From sequence record PP180003: a stretch of DNA of 53,673 nucleotides; one strand, 5' to 3'. Each line of letters starts with the position of its first letter. Position 1 is the stretch's first letter. This stretch comes from Escherichia phage mEp515. Position numbers and translations under genes: made by a program. Positions 25,797-36,129 of this stretch are shown here, piece after piece. The notes below the pieces were generated by a model that was given only the letters and a program-made list of their open reading frames with translations, did no database searches and was not told the DNA's origin.

Positions 25797-25877
25797 ATGA
25801 ACGCATACGAAATGCTATTGCTGGTGGCTGTAGTTGTAGTCATTGCCGTTGATTTCTATCGAGGGTTTAAAAGATGA
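25797..25877 (+). CDS. Mini-ORF 2, hydrophobic peptide (26 aa, MNAYEMLLLVAVVVVIAVDFYRGFKR)
   Basis: GAAGGTG SD at 5-nt spacing. Confidence 0.3.
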   Translation: MNAYEMLLLVAVVVVIAVDFYRGFKR

Positions 25878-25945
25878 AAGAAGCAGACTTCTTTTGCATG
25901 ATTGTAGTGATCGTCATCATTGCGGTGATTTTAAACCTTAGTTGA
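25874..25945 (+). CDS. Mini-ORF 3, hydrophobic peptide (23 aa, MKEADFFCMIVVIVIIAVILNLS)
   Basis: ATGA overlap with mini-ORF 2; GAGGG SD. Confidence 0.3.
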   Translation: MKEADFFCMIVVIVIIAVILNLS

Positions 25946-25962
25946 ATCGCAGGGGGTTGAAA

Positions 25963-26031
25963 ATGAAATGGCTTGATTTCTTTTTCCTGATTGTTGCGAT
26001 TGTTCTAACCATGACCGCGCTTGCTCAATAG
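25963..26031 (+). CDS. Mini-ORF 4, hydrophobic peptide (22 aa, MKWLDFFFLIVAIVLTMTALAQ)
   Basis: AGGGGG SD at 6-nt spacing; paralogous to mini-ORF 3. Confidence 0.3.
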   Translation: MKWLDFFFLIVAIVLTMTALAQ

Positions 26032-26194
26032 GTTATGGCTTGGACGCGCATTTTATGCGCTTCCTAAACTTAGTAAGCCAAAGAAAGAGAATGGCAAACA
26101 ATGAAATATCTATCCAGTTGGTTTGGTGTATCAATATACTTCGCAACATTAATCGAGTGTTTATATATAGTGAATAAATTTTAAGAGGTGAATT

Positions 26195-26680
26195 ATGGCC
26201 CGCACTAAAAAGGCAAAGGCTGACGATAAAAAGACAGCCGCAAAAAGGGTGGGCCGTCCGCATGGTTATACCGAAGAAAAGGCATTAGAGATCTGTGAGC
26301 TGGTGGCGGACGGTCAAAGTATTAACAAGATTTCGAAGATGCCTGATATGCCTGCGCGTTCAACAATCCTTAAATGGTTCAGAGACGTGCCAGAGTTCTC
26401 GGACATGTACATACGCGCGAAGGAGATCGGTTTTGAGGTATTGGCTGATGAGATCATAGATATAGCAGATGCAGCGGAGAACATTGATAAAGACGAATGC
26501 CGCCGCCATCAACTGATGATTGAAACGCGTAAATGGCTATTGGCAAAACTGCAACCGCGTAAATATGGTGAACGCGTCACGCAGGAAATCGTTGGTAACA
26601 GGGAGGAAGCACCCGTCCAGGTAGAAGTCACGAAAGAAGAGATCGCCCGCATCGTCCAGGAAGTAGAAGACGAGGTGTGA
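26195..26680 (+). CDS. Terminase small subunit
   Basis: 161 aa; N-terminal HTH (GRPHGYTEEKALEICELVADGQSINKISKM), acidic C-terminus; immediately upstream of large terminase. Confidence 0.7.
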   Translation: MARTKKAKADDKKTAAKRVGRPHGYTEEKALEICELVADGQSINKISKMPDMPARSTILKWFRDVPEFSDMYIRAKEIGFEVLADEIIDIADAAENIDKDECRRHQLMIETRKWLLAKLQPRKYGERVTQEIVGNREEAPVQVEVTKEEIARIVQEVEDEV

Positions 26681-28161
26681 TTATGTTGACAATCAAAGAA
26701 CGAGTTATTCAGTCCAAATGTGAAAACGATGGCCTGTTTTTCAATCGCTATTTCTATAAACAAGCGAATGGAACGAAGATGTTAATCTCAGGCCATCATT
26801 TAGCTATCCGTGATGCACTACAACGCGTTATTAATGGTGAGATAACCCGCCTCATCATTAACATTCCCCCAGGGTACGGTAAAACTATGATCGCGACTAT
26901 CAACATGATGGCACGGTCCCTCGCAATAAATCCCCGCACAAGATTCCTTCACGTTTCCTATTCCAACAACCTGGCGCTACTCAATTCCTCTACTGTAAGA
27001 AACATGATCTGTACGCCTGAATATCAGGCAATGTGGCCCATGAAGATCCGCAACGATGCAAACTCAAAATCGATGTGGTGGACCGAATACGGTGGCGGCG
27101 TGTATGCAACGTCATCGCTTGGCCAGGTAACTGGGTTCCGTGCAGGATACATGGAATCAGGATTTAACGGCGCGTTAATCATCGACGACCCATTAAAACC
27201 CGCTGACGCTTACTCTGACGTGGTGAGAAAGCAGGTTAACACCAACTATAACGACACGCTTGCTTCACGTCTGGCTGTGCAAACAACGCCTGTCATAGTC
27301 ATCATGCAGCGCATCCACTACGATGATTTGTCCGGCTACCTGTTACGAGGTGGGAGCGGTGAAAAGTGGTATCACCTGAACCTGCCAGTGAAGATCGACA
27401 ACAGCATCGACTACTGGGATCTGTACCCTGAAAACGAGTTCGCAATCCCTATCGCTCACAACCTGCATGACGGCTGGCTATGGCCTAAAAAGCACAATGA
27501 CGCCCATGAAGCTGGACTGAAAGCACACAGGAGGTCATTCGAGGCCCAGTACATGCAGCGCCCGCGTAAATTCGACGAAGAGGGTGCATTGTGGACTGAA
27601 GCCATGATAACCGCTGCGCACCGGATGCAGATAACGCAGGACAAGATCCGCACGGTGATAGCCATCGACCCGGCGACAACATCATCTGATGAGTCGGACG
27701 AAACCGGGATTGTGGCATGTTCCGCTTATGGTGGCGGCAAGTACGCACAGTATTCTGTAGACGGTGACTATTCAGGCCGCATGTCGCCTAACGACTGGGC
27801 GCAAGCAGCAATGAGCGCATACGACATTCATGAGGCTGACGCGATGGTTATCGAAACCAACCAGGGCGGTGAAATGGCAGAGGCCACGCTACGCAATGCC
27901 GGATTTAAAGGCCGCATTGTTAAGGTGCACGCAAGCAAGGGTAAATTTGCCCGCGCCGAACCAATATCTGCATTGTATGCACAGGGTAGGGTAGTCCACA
28001 CTGGCAGCCTGTACACACTGGAAAATCAAATGATGGAATATGTGCCAGCTACCGCCAAAAAATCCCCTGACCGTATGGACGCTATGGTATGGGGTATCAC
28101 TGAATTAAGCCAGCCACAGGCAATGGGCCTCATGTTACCGAAGCGCCTGCGCGGATTTTAA
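26677..28161 (+). CDS. Terminase large subunit
   Basis: 494 aa; ATPase Walker A-like PPGYGKT and C-terminal nuclease domain; GTG start overlapping terS stop (or ATG 26683). Confidence 0.85.
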   Translation: MIMLTIKERVIQSKCENDGLFFNRYFYKQANGTKMLISGHHLAIRDALQRVINGEITRLIINIPPGYGKTMIATINMMARSLAINPRTRFLHVSYSNNLALLNSSTVRNMICTPEYQAMWPMKIRNDANSKSMWWTEYGGGVYATSSLGQVTGFRAGYMESGFNGALIIDDPLKPADAYSDVVRKQVNTNYNDTLASRLAVQTTPVIVIMQRIHYDDLSGYLLRGGSGEKWYHLNLPVKIDNSIDYWDLYPENEFAIPIAHNLHDGWLWPKKHNDAHEAGLKAHRRSFEAQYMQRPRKFDEEGALWTEAMITAAHRMQITQDKIRTVIAIDPATTSSDESDETGIVACSAYGGGKYAQYSVDGDYSGRMSPNDWAQAAMSAYDIHEADAMVIETNQGGEMAEATLRNAGFKGRIVKVHASKGKFARAEPISALYAQGRVVHTGSLYTLENQMMEYVPATAKKSPDRMDAMVWGITELSQPQAMGLMLPKRLRGF

Positions 28162-28239
28162 AATCTGACTCACAATCCCCCACAAGTTTTTCTATTTTTC
28201 GCGTAGCAACGCGTAAACATGTATTCAGGAGTAAACATT

Positions 28240-29610
28240 ATGCCATCCAATTTAGAATTGGCGGTTAATGCTGCCTTGTCTCAACGCCAGGCGGCATATG
28301 CCCGCTATGCCGCAGCCAACCCATTCACTATGGGGATAGATGCCAAACGAGATACTGCGTGGAGTGAATACGGATTCAAAGAAGAGATCACGTATGACGA
28401 TTTATACAAACTGTATCGTCGCGGCGGTATAGCTCACGGTGCTGTGGAAAAGATTGTTACAACTTGCTGGCGCACCATGCCGACGCTGATAGAAGGTACT
28501 AAAGACGAGAAAGCCGAAAAGGAAACACCCTGGGAAAGAGAAATAAAGAAACAATTCGACAACAGATTTTGGCGCGTCATTGCCGAATGCGATCGCCGAC
28601 GCCTCATTGGTCGTTATGCTGGCCTGTTGATTCACGTCAGAGATAACCAGCCGTGGGATCAGCCAGTAACAAAAGGCGTTGGCATTGCCAAATTTACCCC
28701 GGCATGGGCTGGTGCACTAACGCCGAAGGAGTTCGAAGAAGACCCGGATAATGAAAATTATGGCCTGCCGACGTGGTGGGAATACAAAGAACGCATTAAC
28801 AGTAAGACCATTGCCAGAAGAATCCACCCTGATCGCATATTCATATTTGGTGACTATTCTGATGATGCCATCGCCTTCCTTGAGCCGTCCTATAACGCCT
28901 TTGTGTCACTGGAAAAAGTGGAAGGTGGTAGTGGTGAATCATTCCTGAAAAACGCTGCCCGTCAGCTTGCTATCTCATTCGATAAAGAGATCGACTTCCG
29001 GTCACTGGCAGCCACATACGGATGCGACGTCACAGAGCTGCGCGAGAAATTCAACGAGGCAGCGGCTGAAATGAATAAGGGTAATGATGTGATGATGGCA
29101 TTACAAGGTGCAACAGTAAGCCCGCTGGTGACTGCCGTATCTGACCCGTCAGCAACCTATGATGTCAACCTGCAAACCGCAGCCGCTGGTATTGATATTC
29201 CAACCCGCATCCTGGTTGGGAACCAGCAGGGCGAACGCGCATCAACCGAAGACCTCCGCTACTTCAACAGCCGCTGTATGACCCGCAGGGAGGAAATCGG
29301 CGGCGAGCTTGAGGATTTATTCCGCAAGATGGCAGATCTCCGCCTTATCAGTATGCCAATTGACGTATCAGTAATATGGGACGACCTGAACGCCATGACC
29401 AAAGCCGAACTACTGGAAGCGGCACACAAAATGGCGCAAATCAATCAGGCTTGCCTGGCTACTGGTGAAGAAATATTTAGCGGTGACGAGATCCGAGAGG
29501 CTGCCGGATACGATGGCCCTGCCAGTGTAGTAGAAATGGAAGAGGAAAACGATGATGAAGGTGAAGAAGATAATCAGGCGAATACCTCCAGCCGCGATAA
29601 TGCCATCTAA
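28240..29610 (+). CDS. Portal protein
   Basis: About 456 aa; position after terminase; acidic C-terminal tail; start at second ATG with AGGAG SD (first ATG 28219 lacks SD). Confidence 0.8.
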   Translation: MPSNLELAVNAALSQRQAAYARYAAANPFTMGIDAKRDTAWSEYGFKEEITYDDLYKLYRRGGIAHGAVEKIVTTCWRTMPTLIEGTKDEKAEKETPWEREIKKQFDNRFWRVIAECDRRRLIGRYAGLLIHVRDNQPWDQPVTKGVGIAKFTPAWAGALTPKEFEEDPDNENYGLPTWWEYKERINSKTIARRIHPDRIFIFGDYSDDAIAFLEPSYNAFVSLEKVEGGSGESFLKNAARQLAISFDKEIDFRSLAATYGCDVTELREKFNEAAAEMNKGNDVMMALQGATVSPLVTAVSDPSATYDVNLQTAAAGIDIPTRILVGNQQGERASTEDLRYFNSRCMTRREEIGGELEDLFRKMADLRLISMPIDVSVIWDDLNAMTKAELLEAAHKMAQINQACLATGEEIFSGDEIREAAGYDGPASVVEMEEENDDEGEEDNQANTSSRDNAI

Positions 29611-30496
29611 CACCGAAGACCCGACCATGACAGGTAAGTTCCGGTCGGGCGCTATCAAGCGTTTTAAAGCCTGCCTGAAGAAAGTTGCGGATCCGTATAT
29701 TGCCATACTGGACAGAATACAATACAGCCTGGCTGTTAATAAGAAATACACTTTCCAGATCTACATTGACGAATTACATGATTTGCTGGAAGACGCCAGC
29801 GACATGATTGATGAAATATTCGAGTTAACAGACCCGGAAAACTTCTGGTTCTGGCAGGAATACGTGAAAGTGGCATATCAGCGCGGCACTTCTCAGGAAT
29901 ATGCCAACCTCGCTAACCAGTCAGTCACATATTCCAGGGCTTACCCTGAAGTGTCGTCGGTATTAACCAGTCAGACCTATCGCACACGCCTCGCCCTGGT
30001 TCGAACCCGTGTATTTGAAGAGATGCGCGGGCTGACCGCACAGATCAAGAAGGATATGGCCCGGCGATTAACTGAAGGGATGGCCCGTGGCTTAAACCCA
30101 CTGGAAATAGCACGCACATTGCAGCAGGAAACGCAATTACCGCTATACAGGTGCAAACGTATTGCTCGTACTGAAATATGCACAGCGTTGCGCACAGCGC
30201 GTATGGATGAGGCGGAAGCGGCGACGGAAGAGCTTAACTTGCGCACTATGCAAATGCACATTTCGGCATTGTCACCGACTACCAGGCTATCACACGCACA
30301 GCGACACGGGAAAACATACACCATAGAAGAGCAGCGCGAATGGTGGAGTAGATCCCCTAATTCAATTAACTGCAAATGCAGCACTATTACCGTGATGGTT
30401 GATGAGTCTGGTAATATATTAAACAAACGAATATTAGATCGGGCGCAAGAAAACTATAAGGTTGCGCACGCTAAATATGGCGAAGATTGGGAGTAA
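29552..30496 (+). CDS. Head morphogenesis protein (Mu F-like minor head protein)
   Basis: 314 aa; position after portal, overlapping its 3' end; start uncertain. Confidence 0.7.
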   Translation: MMKVKKIIRRIPPAAIMPSNTEDPTMTGKFRSGAIKRFKACLKKVADPYIAILDRIQYSLAVNKKYTFQIYIDELHDLLEDASDMIDEIFELTDPENFWFWQEYVKVAYQRGTSQEYANLANQSVTYSRAYPEVSSVLTSQTYRTRLALVRTRVFEEMRGLTAQIKKDMARRLTEGMARGLNPLEIARTLQQETQLPLYRCKRIARTEICTALRTARMDEAEAATEELNLRTMQMHISALSPTTRLSHAQRHGKTYTIEEQREWWSRSPNSINCKCSTITVMVDESGNILNKRILDRAQENYKVAHAKYGEDWE

Positions 30497-30501
30497 TAAC
30501 C

Positions 30502-30999
30502 GTGAATGAAATGATTAACTGGCATGATTATTTCACGTATAAATCCGGGCGTCTTTATTGGAAAGTAAAACCAAAACACGGAAGGGTTTGTGTTGGTGAT
30601 CTTGCTGGTTGTGTGTGCGGTACGACATCATACAGGGTAATACGCTACAAACAAAACCGGTATTTGGAACATCGTATCATATGGGAGATGCACAACGGCC
30701 CGATCCCTGAAGGTTACGAGATAGATCACATTGACCATAACACGCTAAATAACGATATAACGAATCTAAGAATGGTAACCCATCACGAAAACACACTAAA
30801 TGCGTCAATGCGGAAGGATAATAAAAGCGGTTGCGTCGGTGTTATTTGGCACAAGGCGCGCCGTAAATGGATGGCGTACATAGCTGTGAATAAGAAGCCA
30901 AAATATTTAGGTTTATTTGACAGCATAGATGAGGCCGTAGCTGCCCGCCGACAGGCTGAAAAAGAGAACAATTATCACCAAAATCACGGGAGTGTTTAA
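30502..30999 (+). CDS. HNH homing endonuclease with AP2-like domain (copy 2 of 4)
   Basis: HRIIWEMHNGPIPEGYEIDHIDHNTLNNDITNLRMVTHHENT plus AP2-like C-terminus; GTG start with GGGAG SD; inserted between head genes. Confidence 0.8.
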   Translation: MNEMINWHDYFTYKSGRLYWKVKPKHGRVCVGDLAGCVCGTTSYRVIRYKQNRYLEHRIIWEMHNGPIPEGYEIDHIDHNTLNNDITNLRMVTHHENTLNASMRKDNKSGCVGVIWHKARRKWMAYIAVNKKPKYLGLFDSIDEAVAARRQAEKENNYHQNHGSV

Positions 31000-31000
31000 G

Positions 31001-32266
31001 ATGTCAGATTTAATTCAAGTAAACACAAAAATTTCATGTAATAAAATCCGCAGGGAAACATACAACGGGCGGGAACATATTGTTGTCCCGTCCTACACAT
31101 TACCCTTTGGTATCGTTATGAATCGTGAATATTACCCTGAAGCTGAAATTATCGCTAATTATCAGTCACTGGAAGGCACACTTGCACCGCTGGGCCATCC
31201 TACGGTTGACGGCGAATTTGTTTCCGCATTTAGCCCGGAAGGTCTGAATATTGGCTTTTGTGGTGCGTGGAACAGAAATGTTGAATTACGCGGCAATCGT
31301 GTTTATGTGGAAAAATGGGTTGATGTTGAAACAGCAAGCCATTCAGAACAAGGGCGCGAATTATTAAGCCGACTCGAAGCGCTGGAAAAAGGCGAAAGCA
31401 AGGATCCTATCTGGTCATCCGTAGCCGTATATCGTCAGCGTATGCCAGCCACCGAAGAAATGAAAGCCCAGGGTGCTGACAGCGTTGTCAAAATTATGTC
31501 GATTGACCATGACGCTATCTTACTGCATGAACCGCCAGCCGCATCGCCTGAACAGGGCGTTGGCCTGATGGTTAACACTGACCAGGCCAAGCCGTTAATG
31601 GCGGTGGCAATGAAAGAAAACAGCTATCGCACGCTTGAAAAACAATTGGAAGAAGCGGCGCGTGAACTGTTCAAGGATGCGGATTATGTCTACGTCGTGG
31701 ACTTCACAGACAAAGAAGTGACCATTGCTACTAATGCCGAAAGTGCTCAAGTTTGCACGTATGAAAAACAGGCTGATAAAATAATTCTCAATAATGGCGA
31801 GCTTGCAACCAATGAGGAAAGTAAATCCTGGTTCGCTCAGTTCGCTGAACACCTATCCAATCTTTTCTCACTAAGTGAAAAAATTAAGGCCAATAAATCG
31901 GAGGACGATCCCATGCCTTTGACCAAAGAAGAACGCGCCGAACTGGTGAAAGAAATTAACGAAAGCATCACCGCAAATATGGCTAATGCAATCGCTGAAG
32001 CGCTTAAACCAGTACAGGCAAGCGTTGAAGAATTACAGACCAATCAGAAAGCGATTAAAGAAGAGATCGCAGCAAACGCAGATAAAGAAGTAGCAGAAAA
32101 ACGCGCCGCAGTAGCAAAAGTGCACGGCGAAATTGTTGCTAACGCATTAAGTGGTGAAGCGTTAGAAGCAATGTTTAAATCCCTGGGAAAAGCGTCGCCG
32201 ATGGCAACCAATGCAGCAAGCGAAGGTAAAAAAGGCGAAGTACCAGACTTTAACACTTATTTCTAA
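31001..32266 (+). CDS. Putative scaffolding / prohead core protein (DUF2213-like)
   Basis: About 421 aa; position between MuF-like and capsid genes; coiled-coil-rich C-terminal half. Confidence 0.45.
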   Translation: MSDLIQVNTKISCNKIRRETYNGREHIVVPSYTLPFGIVMNREYYPEAEIIANYQSLEGTLAPLGHPTVDGEFVSAFSPEGLNIGFCGAWNRNVELRGNRVYVEKWVDVETASHSEQGRELLSRLEALEKGESKDPIWSSVAVYRQRMPATEEMKAQGADSVVKIMSIDHDAILLHEPPAASPEQGVGLMVNTDQAKPLMAVAMKENSYRTLEKQLEEAARELFKDADYVYVVDFTDKEVTIATNAESAQVCTYEKQADKIILNNGELATNEESKSWFAQFAEHLSNLFSLSEKIKANKSEDDPMPLTKEERAELVKEINESITANMANAIAEALKPVQASVEELQTNQKAIKEEIAANADKEVAEKRAAVAKVHGEIVANALSGEALEAMFKSLGKASPMATNAASEGKKGEVPDFNTYF

Positions 32267-32282
32267 TTAAAAGGGGATCACA

Positions 32283-32711
32283 ATGTTTCGTTTTCGTCGT
32301 GTAAATATTGATGGTAAATCTATTACCGAAACCTACGCCGCCGCCGCAGCGGTGAAGCCCGGTGAACTGGTTAAACGGGCGAACGGCAAATTCGCTAAAG
32401 TAGCACTTGCTGACGTTGGTAAGGAACAACTTTTCATCGTTAACCCGGCGTTCCATGAAGGCAAAACCATTGCTGATGAAATTGCTGAAGGTGAAACCGT
32501 TGTTGCTGATTATGTGGAGCAGGGTCGTGAGTTTGCTCTTCGTGTTCCTGCCGCAACATACAAAAAGGGGGCGGCTATCGCTTTCACGGCTACTGGCGTC
32601 AAGCTGTTTACCGAGCCGCTTGAGTCAGCACCCGCAGATCCGATTGTCGCATACTGCCAGGAAGACGTAACCCTGGAAGCGGAAGACTTCATTCGCGTTC
32701 GCGTAGCTTAA
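32283..32711 (+). CDS. Putative head decoration / structural protein (DUF2190-like)
   Basis: 142 aa directly upstream of major capsid gene. Confidence 0.45.
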   Translation: MFRFRRVNIDGKSITETYAAAAAVKPGELVKRANGKFAKVALADVGKEQLFIVNPAFHEGKTIADEIAEGETVVADYVEQGREFALRVPAATYKKGAAIAFTATGVKLFTEPLESAPADPIVAYCQEDVTLEAEDFIRVRVA

Positions 32712-32728
32712 TTTAAAAGGGGAAAAAC

Positions 32729-33778
32729 ATGTACTTTACTAAAGAAAACCTCGCTACCAACGCCCGTATGCAGGGCCATTGGAAAGAACTGTGGGCGCAA
32801 CGCAACATCTTCAACGATCAGCATGACGCCATGATTGCAGCAAACAAGGCGAACATGACCGCTGAAATGATTGCCTGTAACGCCGTTGGCGGCTTTGCAA
32901 AAGAGTTCTGGAAAGAAATCGACAACCAGATTATCGAACTGAACACCGAAGAAATCGGTATTGAAATCGTCAACGACCTGATGGGTGTGCAAACCGTACT
33001 GCCTATCGGTAAAACGCTGAAAATGTACAGCGTATCCGGCGACATCAACGATGAAGTCGTAATGTCTATGGATGGTCAGGCGCCTCACGGCTATGATCAC
33101 ACCGAATACGGCAGCGATGGCGACCCGATCCCGATGTTCGCAGCGGGTTACGGTGTTAACTGGCGTTTAGCCCAGGGCTTAAATACTGTAGGCATCGACC
33201 TTGCCCTGGACAGCCAGCGCCTGAAACTGAAAAAATTCAACAAAGCACGCGTTAAATTCTACCTTGAAGGTAACGAAAACATCGTGGTTGATGGTCATAA
33301 AGCTATGGGTATTAAAAAACACACAAACACCCAGCAACTGACCTTGACCACTGACCTTGCCACTGCAAAATTTGACGCACTGATCGACTTCTTCACCGTT
33401 GGCGAATTTGGTGTTCTGGCCCGCAATAACTTCGTTGCAAAATATGATGTGATGTGGGTATCACCTGAAATCATGGCTAACCTGGCACGTCCGCACATCG
33501 TTAACGGTGCTGTCGTTGGCAGCGTACTCAACACGGTTATGCCGTTCGCCCCTGTTGGTGAAATCCGTCAGACCTTTGCACTGAAAGGCAACGAAATCAT
33601 TGCTTATCAGCGCCGCCGTGACGTTATCACCCCGCTGATCGGTATGACTACTGGTGTAGTACCTGTTCCGCGCTCTATGCCTACTGATAACTACAACTTC
33701 AAAATCATGTCTGCCGAAGGTTTACAGATCACCCGCGACATGCTGGGCCGTTCCGGTGTTGTTTACGGTCACAAATAA
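32729..33778 (+). CDS. Major capsid protein
   Basis: 349 aa; position and size; followed by a strong terminator. Confidence 0.65.
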   Translation: MYFTKENLATNARMQGHWKELWAQRNIFNDQHDAMIAANKANMTAEMIACNAVGGFAKEFWKEIDNQIIELNTEEIGIEIVNDLMGVQTVLPIGKTLKMYSVSGDINDEVVMSMDGQAPHGYDHTEYGSDGDPIPMFAAGYGVNWRLAQGLNTVGIDLALDSQRLKLKKFNKARVKFYLEGNENIVVDGHKAMGIKKHTNTQQLTLTTDLATAKFDALIDFFTVGEFGVLARNNFVAKYDVMWVSPEIMANLARPHIVNGAVVGSVLNTVMPFAPVGEIRQTFALKGNEIIAYQRRRDVITPLIGMTTGVVPVPRSMPTDNYNFKIMSAEGLQITRDMLGRSGVVYGHK

Positions 33779-33797
33779 TTTCCTTATTTCCTGTAAC

Positions 33798-33828
33798 TCC
33801 CCGGCGCGATGCCGGGGATTTTTTTTGT
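33798..33828 (+). terminator. Rho-independent terminator after capsid gene
   Basis: TCCCCGGC-GCGAT-GCCGGGGA hairpin plus TTTTTTTT. Confidence 0.75.
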
Positions 33829-33844
33829 ATGTGGAGCAAACAAA

Positions 33845-34231
33845 ATGGTCACTACAGAACAGGCGCGGGAATATCTTGAAAGCCAGGGTATTGACCTGCC
33901 AGACATTATCTTATCCTTGCTGGTGGAGCAGGCAAACAGCGTTAATGAATGCCTTGATGCCAACTATCCGGCCTCCACTGCAACATTGATTCAACTTTAT
34001 CTGATTGGCCTGTTAGGACTCACTCAGGCTAACAAGTACGTTTCCTCGCAAACTGGTCCGAACGGTGCAAGCCAGTCATACCGCTATGTCGATTTCAATA
34101 AAAAATGGAAGGCGGCCTGCTCGTTGCTTTACTCCCTTGATAAACATCACTGTACAGCCGAACTGATTCCACCAGATCCAGAAAACACCGCGCACGCTGG
34201 GCTTTGGATAGGTAAAAGCGGGAGGATGTAA
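33845..34231 (+). CDS. Putative head-tail connector / adaptor protein
   Basis: ATG with GGAG SD; position in head-tail joining block. Confidence 0.45.
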   Translation: MVTTEQAREYLESQGIDLPDIILSLLVEQANSVNECLDANYPASTATLIQLYLIGLLGLTQANKYVSSQTGPNGASQSYRYVDFNKKWKAACSLLYSLDKHHCTAELIPPDPENTAHAGLWIGKSGRM

Positions 34232-34233
34232 CA

Positions 34234-34419
34234 ATGTGGAACGACCTGACATTACCGGATCCGCTATTGCCGAAGCTGTTTACCCGCGTGTGGGTGAAGA
34301 CAGACACCGGGCGACAGGTGGCGGCCTATCTTAATGATGCTGGTGAATGGGTAATTCTGTGCCCGCGCGTGGCGAAAACCCATCCGAAAATTGTTAAATG
34401 GAGCTATGGCTATGAGTAA
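34234..34419 (+). CDS. Hypothetical head-tail joining protein (61 aa)
   Basis: ORF in structural block. Confidence 0.4.
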   Translation: MWNDLTLPDPLLPKLFTRVWVKTDTGRQVAAYLNDAGEWVILCPRVAKTHPKIVKWSYGYE

Positions 34420-34798
34420 GATCGCGAGATTCAGTTACAAGGCATTAGCCACCATTTACCCCGTAACGCGTGACGACTGGAATAATTCGAAGGTATACGG
34501 GCAACCTTACCTGATTGATTGCGCCTGGACGTCGACGGAAGGTAAAGACGAAGACGAGCGCGGGAGTGAAACCGATGTTAGTTACGTCATATTTACCGAA
34601 CTGCTTTACAACCTGCAACCAGTGGAGCGCCCCCGGAAAGGGTGGATGATTGCACCAGGTGACACCACGGCTTTTTCTGATCCGCTTGAAGCTGGCGCGA
34701 ATGAGATCTCCGGCGTGGTTGAATGGGATATGAGCATGTTTAACGACACACCGGATTATAAAATCATTACAGGTAACAGCGTGCGAAGTAAATATTAA
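34406..34798 (+). CDS. Putative head closure / connector protein
   Basis: ORF; start uncertain (34406-34415). Confidence 0.45.
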   Translation: MAMSKIARFSYKALATIYPVTRDDWNNSKVYGQPYLIDCAWTSTEGKDEDERGSETDVSYVIFTELLYNLQPVERPRKGWMIAPGDTTAFSDPLEAGANEISGVVEWDMSMFNDTPDYKIITGNSVRSKY

Positions 34799-34809
34799 AG
34801 GGGTTTTCT

Positions 34810-35250
34810 ATGCCTATTAAGGGTGTTAAACGCGTCAGGGAGCGATTGAAGCAGGAACTAAAGGAAATTACAGACAGAAAAACGCACGATGTATTATGGC
34901 GAGTGGGGCTTGTTGCTGGTGGATTCGCCGCAAATATGACGCCGATCGATACTGGTTTTTTAATTAACAGTCAATTCCAGTATATAGGTGACACTCCCGA
35001 GGGTATGCAATTACGTCTGGGTTACACCGCCCGCTACGCTGAATGGGTGCATGACATGCCAGGCACATTAAAAGGCCAGCCGCGCGAACATTTCGGTAAA
35101 ACAAGAGAAGGCGTCGAATTTGGCGGCGGTACTGGTAAGGGTGATTACTGGGATCCAAACGCGGAACCGGAATTTTTGCGCAAAGCATTCGAAGAACCAG
35201 ATAACGCCGACGATATTTATAAAACGATTATAGAAGGTTACAAAACATGA
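34810..35250 (+). CDS. Putative tail completion / head-tail joining protein
   Basis: 146 aa; position. Confidence 0.45.
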   Translation: MPIKGVKRVRERLKQELKEITDRKTHDVLWRVGLVAGGFAANMTPIDTGFLINSQFQYIGDTPEGMQLRLGYTARYAEWVHDMPGTLKGQPREHFGKTREGVEFGGGTGKGDYWDPNAEPEFLRKAFEEPDNADDIYKTIIEGYKT

Positions 35251-35633
35251 AACGCAGCGAGGTTTACGACGAAATAAGGGATTGGATTAAATCCCACGGG
35301 TACGACGAAGGTTATATTTTGCAGGCCCGTTTCTGGAATGAGCGATCCAATTCGAATAACAGCAGATATATTGTCATACAGCAAAACGGCGGAGCGGCGG
35401 GAGAAGAGGCGATAACCCGCGACTATTTCCGCATCCTGGTTATTTCGGCGCGTAATGACGCAAATATCAGTGAAGTGGAAGATCTCGCCGATGCAATACG
35501 GCAAAGTATGATAACAGAGTATAAAACTGATAAAATTACATACATGAAGCCAGTAGGCGCTATTCCTGCAATGCAGACAAGAGAAGGGCGCTTTATTTTT
35601 ACCGTAGCTTTTCAAACTACCATATCAAGATAA
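35247..35633 (+). CDS. Putative tail terminator / tail component
   Basis: 128 aa; position before major tail protein. Confidence 0.45.
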   Translation: MKRSEVYDEIRDWIKSHGYDEGYILQARFWNERSNSNNSRYIVIQQNGGAAGEEAITRDYFRILVISARNDANISEVEDLADAIRQSMITEYKTDKITYMKPVGAIPAMQTREGRFIFTVAFQTTISR

Positions 35634-35646
35634 GAGGTAATAAGAC

Positions 35647-36123
35647 ATGTCTGAGACTTGCAAAAATGGCTCATTTACAGGCCGTGACGTTGCTGTATTC
35701 TTTGCTATCGCTTGCCCTAACGCCAAACCGGAAACTGGAGCGTACAAGGCGTTAGGCATGATGCGCGGCAAAACACTTTCCGTAGAATGGGAAACCGCAG
35801 ACGCCACCGCTGATAAATCCGCCGACTATACCAAAGAATCCCTGGTCACTTACAAATCTGTTTCTTTCTCCGGCGACGGCGTATCACGTAGTGATGCTCT
35901 ACACAACCAGAAAGAACTAAAGCGGCATGTAATGTCACCGGGCACTGCTACCGGAAATCAGCCGTACGTGTGGCTAAAAATCGTCACCCCCACCGATGTG
36001 ACTGAGGGTCCATTCCTTTGCACATCTTTCGAAGAAGAAGCGCCGCACGATGATGTGACAACCTGGTCCATTGAGTGCGAAAGCGCGGGCCAGGTAACTG
36101 TAACCGATCCAGTTGTCGCATAA
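35647..36123 (+). CDS. Putative major tail tube protein
   Basis: 158 aa; AAGAGGT SD; followed by terminator then chaperone and tape measure. Confidence 0.5.
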   Translation: MSETCKNGSFTGRDVAVFFAIACPNAKPETGAYKALGMMRGKTLSVEWETADATADKSADYTKESLVTYKSVSFSGDGVSRSDALHNQKELKRHVMSPGTATGNQPYVWLKIVTPTDVTEGPFLCTSFEEEAPHDDVTTWSIECESAGQVTVTDPVVA

Positions 36124-36129
36124 ACAATA

